From an uncultured Porphyromonadaceae bacterium (GTDB taxonomy: Bacteria; Bacteroidota; Bacteroidia; Bacteroidales; Barnesiellaceae_A): a DNA stretch of 64,000 nt. The stretch is from assembly GCA_937891845.1 (NCBI GenBank), contig CALATP010000064.1:14567-78566 (forward strand). Reading direction: 5' to 3'. A program made the translations under genes and the position numbers. The notes beneath the pieces were generated by a model, which saw only the letters and a program-made list of their open reading frames with translations, was not told the origin of the DNA and searched no databases. Positions 53,274 through 62,796 of this stretch are shown piece after piece; position 1 is the stretch's first letter, and each line of letters opens with the position of its first letter.

Positions 53274-55364
53274 ATGAAGGTGTGTATAGCCGAGAAACCC
53301 AGCGTAGCCAAGGATATTGCCGAAATATTGGGTGCGCACACAAGACGTGATGGTTATTATGAAGGTAATAACTACTGTGTTACGTGGGTGTATGGCCATT
53401 TGTGTGAACTGAAAGAACCTCACGAATATGATGAACGCTGGAAGCGATGGACGTTGAGTTCGTTGCCAATGATACCACAACGATTTGGTATAAAACTCAA
53501 AGACGATAAAGGTATAGAAAAACAGTTTAAGACGATAGAGCAACTTATCTCGCAAGCCGAGTGTGTAATAAACTGTGGTGATGCCGGTCAGGAGGGTGAA
53601 CTTATACAACGTTGGGTGATGCAGAAGGCCGGTTGTAAATGTCCGGTGCAACGATTGTGGATTTCGTCGCTTACCGAAGAGGCTATTCGAGAGGGATTTG
53701 CCAATCTGCGACCTCAGGATGATTTCAATCGTCTCTATTTGGCGGGACTTACTCGTGCAATAGGTGATTGGTTGTTGGGAATGAATGCAACAAGATTGTA
53801 TACGTTGAGATATGGTCGCGAGCGACAAGTATTGTCGATAGGGCGTGTGCAAACCCCAACATTGGCACTGATAGTCAATCGTCAACTTGAAATAGAAAAC
53901 TTTATACCTCAGCCCTATTGGGAACTGAAAACTATATATCGTGGCACGACGTTCTCTGTTACGCAAGGACGATTTAATAGTGTTGATGAGGGACAAAAAG
54001 CGTTGGAAACCATTATAGGAAAGCCCTTTACAGTAACCGACGTATCAACCAAAAATGGTAAAGAAGCCCCTCCACGATTATTTGACCTTACAAGCTTACA
54101 AGTCGAGTGTAACAAAAAGTTTGGTTTCTCGGCCGACGAAACATTACAACTCATACAAACATTGTATGAGAAGAAAGTAACCACCTATCCTCGTGTCGAT
54201 ACGACCTATCTGAGCGATGATATTTATCCCAAAGTAGGGGGGATATTGAGAGCCTTGCATCAGTATGAAAGCCTTGTTTCTCCATTGTTGCAGCTCGCCA
54301 AATTGCCCAAAAGTAAGAAAGTATTCGACAACAGTAAAGTTACCGATCACCACGCTATCATACCAACCAATGTCAAAGCCAATAATCTGACCGATAGAGA
54401 AAAACAAGTCTATGACCTTGTTGCTCGTAGGTTTATTGCCGCATTCTATCCCGATTGTCAAGTAGCCAATACAACCGTATTGGGTAGAGTGGAAGATGTG
54501 GATTTTAAGGTGACAGGCCGTCAGATACTAGCACCCGGATGGCGAGTCGTATTTGGTAAAGATGATGCCGGAGAAGAGGGAAACGAGGGTCAAATATTGC
54601 CCGAGTTTGTTGTGGGAGAGAGTGGCGAACACGAGCCGTCACTCACCGAAAAGCAAACACAACCGCCCAAACCCTATACCGAGGCGACGCTGTTGCGTGC
54701 TATGGAAACAGCCGGCAAAAGTGTAGACGATGAGGTGCTGAGAGATGCTCTGAAAGAGAATGGTATAGGCCGCCCATCGACACGTGCTGCAATTATCGAG
54801 ATACTATTCAAACGCAGATATATACGCAAAGAGCGTAAAAGCCTTATTGCTACACCGACCGGAGTGGAATTGATACAAACTATACGCAATGAGTTGCTCA
54901 AATCGGTAGAGCTGACCGGACAGTGGGAAAACAAGTTGCGTAGGATAGAGCGTAATGAGTATGAGCCTGTCAATTTCCTTGACGAACTGAAAGCAATGGT
55001 GTCGTCGATAGTTATAGATGTACTCAGTGATAATACCGGTTCGGTGGCAAGCACACCGGCCGAAGAAGAGAAAAAGAAAAAGAGTCGCAAACCGACAACT
55101 GTAGATGGCGATGGGAATAAAAAGTCGCGTAAGCCTCGTGCTAAAAAAGAGAAAGTCGGAGATGACCCATCAATGCCTGCATCTGACAAACTTGTATGTC
55201 CTATCTGTGGAAAAGGTTATGTCATAAAAGGTCGTACGGCCTATGGATGCAGCGCCTGGCAAGATGGCTGTACCTTGCGATTGCCATTTGATACTTATGG
55301 CGCCGAGTTGACACAAACCCAATTGCTAGAAATAGTAGAAAAAATAAAGAAGAATAATGTGTAA
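53274..55364 (+). CDS. topB: DNA topoisomerase III
   Basis: It has a Toprim N-terminus (MKVCIAEKPSVAKDIA...DAGQEGELI), a type IA core and a C-terminal zinc ribbon (CPICGKGYVIKGRTAYGCSAWQDGC). An alternative GTG start lies at 53268. Confidence 0.9.
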   Translation: MKVCIAEKPSVAKDIAEILGAHTRRDGYYEGNNYCVTWVYGHLCELKEPHEYDERWKRWTLSSLPMIPQRFGIKLKDDKGIEKQFKTIEQLISQAECVINCGDAGQEGELIQRWVMQKAGCKCPVQRLWISSLTEEAIREGFANLRPQDDFNRLYLAGLTRAIGDWLLGMNATRLYTLRYGRERQVLSIGRVQTPTLALIVNRQLEIENFIPQPYWELKTIYRGTTFSVTQGRFNSVDEGQKALETIIGKPFTVTDVSTKNGKEAPPRLFDLTSLQVECNKKFGFSADETLQLIQTLYEKKVTTYPRVDTTYLSDDIYPKVGGILRALHQYESLVSPLLQLAKLPKSKKVFDNSKVTDHHAIIPTNVKANNLTDREKQVYDLVARRFIAAFYPDCQVANTTVLGRVEDVDFKVTGRQILAPGWRVVFGKDDAGEEGNEGQILPEFVVGESGEHEPSLTEKQTQPPKPYTEATLLRAMETAGKSVDDEVLRDALKENGIGRPSTRAAIIEILFKRRYIRKERKSLIATPTGVELIQTIRNELLKSVELTGQWENKLRRIERNEYEPVNFLDELKAMVSSIVIDVLSDNTGSVASTPAEEEKKKKSRKPTTVDGDGNKKSRKPRAKKEKVGDDPSMPASDKLVCPICGKGYVIKGRTAYGCSAWQDGCTLRLPFDTYGAELTQTQLLEIVEKIKKNNV

Positions 55365-55866
55365 TATAAAAGAAGAATATTTCCCGTTGCTCGACGATGC
55401 CGGCAATGTAATAGGAAAGGCAACTCGTCGAGAATGTCACAGTGGCAGTATGTTGTTACACCCGGTTGTTCATTTGCACATTTTTGATAGCTATGGAAGA
55501 TTGTATCTGCAACGTCGCTCGATGAGTAAAGATATACAGCCCGGCAAATGGGATACTGCCGTAGGTGGTCACATCGATTATGGAGAGAGTGTCGAAGAAG
55601 CCTTGTTTAGAGAGGTAAGAGAGGAGTTGGGTATAACAGATTTTGTGCCACAACCACTCTTTACATATCAATTCCAATCGAGTATAGAGCGTGAAATGGT
55701 ATATGCCTATCGTACTACTTATGAGGGCGAAATATCAATTGATCCGGTAGAGATTGATGAAGGTCGTTACTGGAAGATAGAAGAGATAAAAGCACAATTG
55801 GGTAAAGGTGTATTTACACCCAACTTTGAACAAGAGTTTGAACGTTTACTTGCTGTAATGTCATAG
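55357..55866 (+). CDS. NUDIX hydrolase
   Basis: 169 aa with a Nudix box (GGHIDYGESVEEALFREVREELGI). The start overlaps the topB stop. Confidence 0.85.
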   Translation: MCNIKEEYFPLLDDAGNVIGKATRRECHSGSMLLHPVVHLHIFDSYGRLYLQRRSMSKDIQPGKWDTAVGGHIDYGESVEEALFREVREELGITDFVPQPLFTYQFQSSIEREMVYAYRTTYEGEISIDPVEIDEGRYWKIEEIKAQLGKGVFTPNFEQEFERLLAVMS

Positions 55867-55959
55867 AATTAAATATTTTTCAGAAAGTTTTATTGAGATA
55901 AAAGAGCTATTAATAAGCAGAGTCATAAAATTCTCGATATTATTTAGTAATTTTGCGCT

Positions 55960-57000
55960 ATGATTACGCCAATAATAGACCAAGACAAAATAAACGAACT
56001 AGATCGTGCGCTGTTGCGCTGTAATAATATTGTTATCACAAGCCACGTTTCGCCCGATGGTGATGCCATTGGTTCGTCGTTAGGAATGTATCATTTCTTG
56101 CGTAAGTTGGGCAAGAATGTGTCGGTCGTTATTCCCGATATGGTTCCTCGCAATCTGCATTTTCTGCCCGGAATGCGTTATGTGGTGATATATACACAGC
56201 AACGCGAAAAGGCCGAATCGTTGATATCACAAGCCGACCTCGTGTTTTGTCTCGACTATAATGCGCTACATCGTGTTGATAAGTTGTCACAAACAGTAGC
56301 CGATGCCAAAGGGTATAAAGTACTGATAGATCATCATCTCGACCCCGAGCCGTTTACCAACCTCACTATATCTCACCCCGAAATATCATCGGCCAGTGAG
56401 TTGGTGTTTCGTGTAATATGGCAAATGGGGCGTTATCGTATGCTAGGTCGATCGGCTGCCGAGGCTATTTATACCGGTATGATGACCGATACAGGAAACT
56501 TTACCTATAACTCCAATCAGCCCGAAATATATAACATCATTGCGCTCTTGTTGAAAAAAGGTGTTGACAAGGATCGTATTTATAACTTGGCTTGTAACAC
56601 CCAAAGTGCCAATAAGTTGCAGTTGAATAGTTATGCGCTATGCAATAAATTGGAGTTATTCCCCGAGTATGGAGCCGCATTGGTATATCTGACACGTGAA
56701 GAGATGGAACGATATAACTTCCAGAAAGGCGATTGCGATGGATTGGTAAATGTGCCTTTGAGTGTAAAAGGTATATACTTCTCGGCCTTTATACGTGAAG
56801 ATAAGGAGTATATCAAGATTTCGTTGCGTTCGCAAGGTGAATTTGCAGTCAATACCATAGCTGCCAATCACTTTGGAGGCGGAGGTCACCTCAATGCTGC
56901 CGGTGGTGAGTTCTACGGAACATTAGAAGAGGCTGTCACACTTTTCCGTGAAATATTGCCCCAATATTGCGGTAATGAAAATAGAGAAGAAAAAAATTGA
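55960..57000 (+). CDS. nrnA: DHH/DHHA1 phosphoesterase (NrnA-like oligoribonuclease/pAp phosphatase)
   Basis: 346 aa with DHH motifs (ITSHVSPDGDAIGS, DYN, LIDHH) and a DHHA1 motif (GGGHLNAAG). Confidence 0.82.
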   Translation: MITPIIDQDKINELDRALLRCNNIVITSHVSPDGDAIGSSLGMYHFLRKLGKNVSVVIPDMVPRNLHFLPGMRYVVIYTQQREKAESLISQADLVFCLDYNALHRVDKLSQTVADAKGYKVLIDHHLDPEPFTNLTISHPEISSASELVFRVIWQMGRYRMLGRSAAEAIYTGMMTDTGNFTYNSNQPEIYNIIALLLKKGVDKDRIYNLACNTQSANKLQLNSYALCNKLELFPEYGAALVYLTREEMERYNFQKGDCDGLVNVPLSVKGIYFSAFIREDKEYIKISLRSQGEFAVNTIAANHFGGGGHLNAAGGEFYGTLEEAVTLFREILPQYCGNENREEKN

Positions 57001-57014
57001 AATATAGTAATATA

Positions 57015-57584
57015 ATGAAGACTCTAGAAAAAATCTTAGGTATCGTAACATTGGCACTTATGTCGCTGATGTGGGTATCGTGCGATGACCAGAAGTCGTA
57101 TGCCGAGTTGCTCGATGAGGAAACCGATGCTGTAGAAAAATTCCTTAAAACACAGAAAGTTGTAGAGAAGATACCTGCCGACTCGGTATTTGAAGTGGGC
57201 GAGGATGCTCCTTACTACAAAATCGATGAGGATGGCTATGTGTATATGCAAGTGTTGATGAATGGCGAGGATGGAAAAGCCCATTATAACGAGTTGATAT
57301 TTTTCCGTTATTCGCGCATCAATCTGCTCACTTGGGCCGAGGGTGGTACACAAGTACCCAGCGGTAATGATAATGACTTGAGCAAAGCCTATTCGTTTAA
57401 CTTCCAAAATACCAACTTGGACTCGTCGTCGCAGTATGGTACAGGAATACAGATGCCCTTGAATTTCCTTGAGATGCCGTGCAAGGTCAACTTGCTTGTC
57501 AAGTCGAAAGCCGGCTCGCTCAATGACCTTACCTCGGTAACTCCCTATCTTTATACAGTACGTTATTATCGCTCAAATATATAG
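57015..57584 (+). CDS. Lipoprotein, unknown function
   Basis: The ATG at 57015 gives a signal peptide and lipobox (MKTLEKILGIVTLALMSLMWVSCDD). I am not confident of any family assignment. Confidence 0.65.
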   Translation: MKTLEKILGIVTLALMSLMWVSCDDQKSYAELLDEETDAVEKFLKTQKVVEKIPADSVFEVGEDAPYYKIDEDGYVYMQVLMNGEDGKAHYNELIFFRYSRINLLTWAEGGTQVPSGNDNDLSKAYSFNFQNTNLDSSSQYGTGIQMPLNFLEMPCKVNLLVKSKAGSLNDLTSVTPYLYTVRYYRSNI

Positions 57585-57590
57585 AATATT

Positions 57591-58976
57591 ATGGCACTAA
57601 TCAAATCAATTTCAGGTATTCGTGGAACCATAGGAGGCTCGGTAGGCGAAGGTCTCAATCCACTGGACATAGTGAAATTTACAGCTGCGTATGCTGCATT
57701 TATTCGTAAGAATAATAAACTCGACAGCAATAAAATCGTTGTAGGTCGTGATGCTCGTATCTCGGGCGAAATGGTCATGCACACCGTAGTGGGCACACTC
57801 ATGGGCATGGGTTGGGATGTTGTGTATATAGGATTGGCAACAACACCCACAACCGAGATTGCTGTAACCGGCGAGGGCGCTTGCGGAGGTATCATCCTCA
57901 CAGCCAGTCACAATCCCAAGCAATGGAATGCCTTGAAGTTGCTCAATGAGAAGGGTGAATTTCTCAATGCCGCCGAGGGTCAAGAGGTGCTTCGCATAGC
58001 CGAGGCTGAGGAGTTTACCTTTGCCGATGTTGACCACTTGGGACGACTTATCAACGTAGACGACTATAATGAACGCCACATAGCACAAGTATTGGCTCTT
58101 GCACTTGTAGACAAGGCAGCTATCGAAGCTGCTAACTTTACTGTAGCCATCGATTGTGTCAACTCGGTAGGAGGTGTAGTGATACCTCAACTGTTGCGTG
58201 CCTTGGGCGTGAAAAATATTGTAGAACTCAACTGCGAAGCAACCGGTCACTTTGCTCACAATCCCGAGCCGATACCCGCCAACCTTACAGAGATAGCCGA
58301 TGTAATGCGTCAAGGTAAGGCCGATGTGGGTTTTGTGGTAGACCCCGACGTAGACCGATTGGCTATTATCTGCGAAAATGGCGAGATGTTTGTTGAGGAA
58401 TATACCCTTGTAGCCGTAGCCGACTATGTGTTGCGCCACACACCCGGCAACACCGTGTCGAACCTGAGTTCGTCGCGAGCCTTGCGCGATGTGACTCGCA
58501 AGTATGGTTGCGAATATAATGCTGCTGCCGTAGGTGAGGTGAACGTTGTAGAGAAGATGAAGGCAACCAATGCCATTATAGGTGGTGAAGGTAATGGCGG
58601 AGTAATCTATCCCGAGAGCCACTACGGACGTGATGCGTTGGTAGGTATAGCATTGTTCTTGTCGCACCTTGCACACGAGAAGAAGAGTGTGAGCGAGTTG
58701 AAAGCTACTTATCCTCCCTACAGCATTACCAAACAAAAGATAGAACTTACACCCGACATCGATGTTGATGCACTGCTTGTTGCCGTAAAAGAGAAATATG
58801 CCGGAGAGGAAATCAACGATATAGATGGCGTGAAGATTGACTTTGCCGACAGTTGGGTACACTTGCGCAAGTCGAACACCGAGCCTATCATCCGCGTATA
58901 TGCCGAGGCACATAGCGAAGAGGCTGCCGAAGCCGTTGCCGCCGGTGTGATGGAAGTGATAAAGACAATGATTTAA
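57591..58976 (+). CDS. glmM: Phosphoglucosamine mutase
   Basis: 461 aa. The N-terminus reads ALIKSISGIRGTIG, the active-site loop is TASHNP, the metal-binding loop is VDPDVDR, and GEGNGG is present. Confidence 0.88.
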   Translation: MALIKSISGIRGTIGGSVGEGLNPLDIVKFTAAYAAFIRKNNKLDSNKIVVGRDARISGEMVMHTVVGTLMGMGWDVVYIGLATTPTTEIAVTGEGACGGIILTASHNPKQWNALKLLNEKGEFLNAAEGQEVLRIAEAEEFTFADVDHLGRLINVDDYNERHIAQVLALALVDKAAIEAANFTVAIDCVNSVGGVVIPQLLRALGVKNIVELNCEATGHFAHNPEPIPANLTEIADVMRQGKADVGFVVDPDVDRLAIICENGEMFVEEYTLVAVADYVLRHTPGNTVSNLSSSRALRDVTRKYGCEYNAAAVGEVNVVEKMKATNAIIGGEGNGGVIYPESHYGRDALVGIALFLSHLAHEKKSVSELKATYPPYSITKQKIELTPDIDVDALLVAVKEKYAGEEINDIDGVKIDFADSWVHLRKSNTEPIIRVYAEAHSEEAAEAVAAGVMEVIKTMI

Positions 58977-59004
58977 TACCTAAGTTTCACACGATAAATA
59001 TGAT

Positions 59005-59050
59005 ACATCGGGGTTGCATTGAAAAGTTCAGTGCAACCCCGATGCTTTGC
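59005..59050 (+). terminator. Intrinsic terminator after glmM
   Basis: CATCGGGGTTGCATTGAA-AAG-TTCAGTGCAACCCCGATG is followed by CTTTGCT. Confidence 0.6.
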
Positions 59051-59491
59051 TATACATACAAAGAACTGTAAATGCCCATTAATTTGTATTATTAAATCAT
59101 AGTTGCTATATTTGTAGTCAATATTAGGGCGCTGTAGAGACAGCCTCTATATACGTTTTATTAGATATAAGGTGTTATTGATATTATCTTCTGTATTCGA
59201 ACTTGGCGGTTTATATGCAACGAAGATGATAGACGATAGCGCCTGCATCGCTTGCTCATACAATTGCTGTTGTGGCAATTTTATATGGCAATGTCGGTGT
59301 GGGGCTGTTGTTTTATCTGTTGCATAGGTACGCCAAGACCCGAATACAAGATGAAACAGTACAATCTCCACACCTTTTTTATGTCCTTTAGATGCTTCTT
59401 TTTAGAGGTAGTATATTATTTGTTTAATAACAACCATATCGGAGATTGGGTGGTTTCGTAATGAATTGTAACTTTTTAAATTTTATAAATT

Positions 59492-61432
59492 ATGAAATTC
59501 AATCTAACGAAAACCCTTGTTGCATTAGTAGGTCTATTGTGTACAATAGGTGTTTATGCACACGACTTTGAGGTGAGTGGTATCTATTACAAAATTTTGC
59601 CGGAGAATAAAGAGGTATCTGTAACGTACTATGGTGATAATCGGTATGGCGTACCCTCGGAGTATGAATACAAAGGTGTTATAACAATACCCAAAAAGGT
59701 TTTATATCAGGGAACTCCGTATTATGTTACCGAGATAGGTGATTATGCTTTTGGCTATTGTTCTAGTCTTACTGAAATAACCATCTCTAATAGTGTTACC
59801 GAGATAGGTGTTCATGCTTTTGATGGTTGTTCTAGTCTTACTGAAATAACCATCCCTAATAGTGTTACCGAGATAGGTGTTGTTGCTTTTTGTGGTTGTT
59901 CTAGTCTTACTGAAATAACCATTCCTAATAGTGTTAGCGAGATAGGTGATTATGCTTTTGCATATTGTTCTAGTCTTACTGAAATAACCATCCCTAATAG
60001 TGTTAGCGAGATAGGTGAAGGTTCTTTTGATAGTTGTTCTAGTCTTACAGAAATAACCATCCCCAATAGTGTTACTACGATAGATGCTTTTACTTTTGGC
60101 TATTGTTCTAGTCTTACTGAAATAACCATCCCCAATAGTGTTACCGAGATAGGTCATTATGCTTTTTGTGATTGTTCTAGTCTTACTGAAATAACTATCC
60201 CTAATAGTGTTACCGAGATAGGTATAGGTGCTTTTAGTGACTGTTCTTTTACAGAGATAATAATTGATGCTATTACTCCACCTAATATATACGAAGATGC
60301 GTTTTCGGATTATGATGCAACACTAATTGTCCCTAAAGGTTGCGTTGATGTGTACAAGAATCATGATGTATGGGGAAATTTTAGTGAAATCGTTGAACGT
60401 GAAAATAATGATGATAACGGTGATGATAATGAAGACGATAATGGAGACGATAATGGAGATGATGATAATAGCGAGGATATAGAAATAGAAGATATAGAAA
60501 TAACTGATGTAAACCGTAACTGGGGTATGTTACGGAACGATGTTATCGAAAATCAACCGTATGAGTACGAAATGCTTGATGAAGATGAAACGAGTGTGAT
60601 TTTTACAAAATCAGTAGATAAATCGACTGCTGTATTTGTATCATATAAGTTTGATACAGATGATTGCCTCTGTGCGGCTACACTTTCATTGCCGGAGAGT
60701 GTTAAGGCGAAAGAATGGTTAGACGAAATTTTCTCGGAATTTAAAGCTGATATCTATGTAGAGGATAATGTGGAGGTGAAGAAAATAGACGATAATATAA
60801 TCACCTACGATAGATCAAACTATATGGATGCCGGTAATTTCATAACTGTTGGATTTTCTTATTACGAACCAATGGAAGAACGAGATGATTGTGTAGATCT
60901 CGGACTAAGTGTGCGATGGGCAACGATGAATTTGGGTGCAAAATCACCTGAAGGTGTTGGCAACTTTTATGCTTTTTCGGAAACGAGTACAAAGTTGGAG
61001 TATTGGAGAGAAAATTACACCTATTGTAATAATAATTCGGATAAGTATATTTTTGAGTATAACAATCCTTTGGCCAATATTTGTGGTACGCAATATGACG
61101 CGGCTACAAAGAAGCTGGGTGATGGATGGAAGATGCCCAGTGTGTATGAAGCAAACGAATTGCTGACTTTATGCACTTGGACAAAAGAAACTGTTAATGG
61201 AATGGAAGTTTATCGTGTTACCGGACCGAATGGCAATAGTATTATAATACCCATTGTAGGGCGTAAACGACAAGATGATGATTATAAAACAAGACTAGAA
61301 TTGGCAATAGGCGAATCACCGTCGAAAACCAGTGAGTATTGTTATTCTATTACGCCTATAGCCGGTATACTTAAAGTAGATACAATGTTTAAAGCTTGGG
61401 GACTAAATATACGACCTGTTTATACAAAATAA
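59492..61432 (+). CDS. BspA-type leucine-rich-repeat surface protein with acidic linker and FISUMP/DUF1566-like C-terminal domain
   Basis: 646 aa with a signal peptide. There are about 8 copies of the 23-aa unit CSSLTEITIPNSVTEIGxxAFxx. The D/N/E-rich linker reads NNDDNGDDNEDDNGDDNGDDDNSEDIEIEDIEI. The C-terminal motif is VRWATMNLGA...GDGWKMPSVYEANELL. Confidence 0.85.
   Translation: MKFNLTKTLVALVGLLCTIGVYAHDFEVSGIYYKILPENKEVSVTYYGDNRYGVPSEYEYKGVITIPKKVLYQGTPYYVTEIGDYAFGYCSSLTEITISNSVTEIGVHAFDGCSSLTEITIPNSVTEIGVVAFCGCSSLTEITIPNSVSEIGDYAFAYCSSLTEITIPNSVSEIGEGSFDSCSSLTEITIPNSVTTIDAFTFGYCSSLTEITIPNSVTEIGHYAFCDCSSLTEITIPNSVTEIGIGAFSDCSFTEIIIDAITPPNIYEDAFSDYDATLIVPKGCVDVYKNHDVWGNFSEIVERENNDDNGDDNEDDNGDDNGDDDNSEDIEIEDIEITDVNRNWGMLRNDVIENQPYEYEMLDEDETSVIFTKSVDKSTAVFVSYKFDTDDCLCAATLSLPESVKAKEWLDEIFSEFKADIYVEDNVEVKKIDDNIITYDRSNYMDAGNFITVGFSYYEPMEERDDCVDLGLSVRWATMNLGAKSPEGVGNFYAFSETSTKLEYWRENYTYCNNNSDKYIFEYNNPLANICGTQYDAATKKLGDGWKMPSVYEANELLTLCTWTKETVNGMEVYRVTGPNGNSIIIPIVGRKRQDDDYKTRLELAIGESPSKTSEYCYSITPIAGILKVDTMFKAWGLNIRPVYTK
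59726..60265 (+). repeat. Tandem 69-bp repeats (about 7.8 copies) encoding the BspA-type LRRs
   Basis: The core TGTTCTAGTCTTACTGAAATAACCATCCCTAATAGTGTTACCGAGATAGGT recurs with only a few substitutions per copy. Variation is concentrated in the 12-15 nt encoding the xxAFxx positions. Confidence 0.88.
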
Positions 61433-61451
61433 CATAAAAAAATAAATAACT

Positions 61452-62339
61452 ATGAAATCAATTATATGTAGAATTCTCTTGATATTGGGAATTATTTTTA
61501 ATAGCTATAGTATCTGTTATGCCATTATTGACTTACCTTCAACGTCGTATACGTTAAATGTAGGAGTTGATAAATACTTGCCGGTTCCGGATGCCTATTA
61601 TGGTTATATTGATAATGCGGTTTGGGCTTGCTCTCAATCTGAAATTACATTTAAGCAAAAAGATGCAGCAGGTGCAATAATTCAGATTACTCGAAAGTTC
61701 AGTGGAACGGCTATAGTAGAAGTTCTTGCTACCGAAAAATATTATGATAGTAAGGGATATACTCGTTCTGAAACATATTACAAGCAATACTTGATAACAT
61801 GTACCGGAGGATCTTCAAGCGAAGTTTCTGAAATTATACTTCCCACAACCATTTCATTAAATTTAGGAGAAACAAAAAGCTTTAAAATTTTGTCGGGCGA
61901 TTGTTACAATGGTGCATTCACAATAACCAATAAAGAGGGATCGGGTTGTATAAGCTACTCTGTTGATTATAACACCGGTGATATTTTAATGTCTGGAATA
62001 ATGGTTGGTGAATGTGTGCTAAATATAAGAACTGTAAATGGTGATGAAAAAGATTGTAGAATTGTTGTTTCGGCTGTAGGACAATCTAGTGGCCGAAGAA
62101 CTGAAAAGGATGCAATATTAGATATTAAATTACTCACCAATAGAGTATTGTCTCTTGCATATAAAACGGGAATGGATGAAGTCATCTCTGACGGTAAGGA
62201 GACACAAGTGAAGGATAATAATATATATAGTATTCAAGGCGTTTTACTTATGCAGAATGCAACAGAAGAGGATATAAGATCGCTTAAACCAGGTATATAT
62301 ATAGTGAAAGGTAGAAAAATAGTAGTACCGAAGTTTTAA
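61452..62339 (+). CDS. T9SS C-terminal-sorting-domain protein with Ig-like (Big_2-type) domains
   Basis: 295 aa with a signal peptide (MKSIICRILLILGIIFNSYSICYA). It has two Ig-like segments and a CTD-like end (IYSIQGVLLMQNATEEDIRSLKPGIYIVKGRKIVVPKF). Confidence 0.72.
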   Translation: MKSIICRILLILGIIFNSYSICYAIIDLPSTSYTLNVGVDKYLPVPDAYYGYIDNAVWACSQSEITFKQKDAAGAIIQITRKFSGTAIVEVLATEKYYDSKGYTRSETYYKQYLITCTGGSSSEVSEIILPTTISLNLGETKSFKILSGDCYNGAFTITNKEGSGCISYSVDYNTGDILMSGIMVGECVLNIRTVNGDEKDCRIVVSAVGQSSGRRTEKDAILDIKLLTNRVLSLAYKTGMDEVISDGKETQVKDNNIYSIQGVLLMQNATEEDIRSLKPGIYIVKGRKIVVPKF

Positions 62340-62350
62340 TTACTTCAAAT

Positions 62351-62405
62351 AAAGAATAGGCTATGCTAAATTTGAGATTTTTCATTGCATAGCCTATTCT
62401 TTTAC
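62351..62405 (+). terminator. Intrinsic terminator after the 295-aa gene
   Basis: AAAGAATAGGCTATGC...GCATAGCCTATTCTTT forms a 16-bp stem followed by a T run. Confidence 0.6.
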
Positions 62406-62596
62406 TTGTGCTTACTTGTCGCTATAGTTTGTCGTTTTTGTATATCTTACTTACTATGAGTCGTTGTAAAAAGAGCGGAAAATAGGAAGAACGATATAGT
62501 ATTTGTTAAGTGTGAAAAAATGTTCATTAAACAAAAACCTCAATACTATTGCAAAGCTCAAAAATAAAGTGTACTTTTGCACCGCTCAATGAGCAA

Positions 62597-62670
62597 CGGG
62601 GCGTAGCGCAGTCCGGTAGCGCACCTGGTTTGGGACCAGGGGGTCGCAGGTTCGAATCCTGTCACCCCGA
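62597..62670 (+). tRNA. tRNA-Pro (anticodon TGG)
   Basis: Cloverleaf fold. Acceptor: CGGGGCG/CACCCCG (one mismatch). D arm: GCGC-AGTCCGGTA-GCGC. Anticodon arm: CCTGG-TTTGGGA-CCAGG. T arm: GCAGG-TTCGAAT-CCTGT. Discriminator: A. Confidence 0.9.
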
Positions 62671-62675
62671 CTATC

Positions 62676-62716
62676 AAGACCGATAACCACAGAAAAGAGG
62701 TTGTCGGTCTTTTTCT
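62676..62716 (+). terminator. Intrinsic terminator after tRNA-Pro
   Basis: AAGACCGATAACC-loop-GGTTGTCGGTCTT is followed by TTTTCT. Confidence 0.5.
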
Positions 62717-62796
62717 ATTTTAATACTTTATATGTTGGATGTGTTGCGAATAAATTGTACCTTCGCATATGAATGTAACACATTAATAGTAATGTT

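Noticed and set aside
57612-58913. 433-aa ORF antisense to glmM. Other long antisense ORFs: 53166-53996 and 54674-55189 (in topB), 52480-53187 (mazG), 49032-49673 (esterase), 12017-12679 (atoD), 2189-2821 (crt), 676-1155 (bcd).
   Set aside because: Each lies fully inside a gene with unmistakable family motifs on the other strand. Their translations are compositionally odd (rich in C/H/Y/I/R, with no motifs). They are typical shadow ORFs of moderately GC-balanced coding DNA.
59702-60157. 151-aa antisense ORF with its own 23-aa periodicity.
   Set aside because: It is the mirror image of the 69-bp LRR tandem repeat. Its periodicity is inherited from the sense-strand repeats, so it is not independent evidence for coding.
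59726-60265. Regularly spaced direct repeats considered as a possible CRISPR array.
   Set aside because: The units are contiguous (69 bp with no repeat/spacer alternation), in frame, and encode a canonical BspA-type LRR. No cas genes are present.
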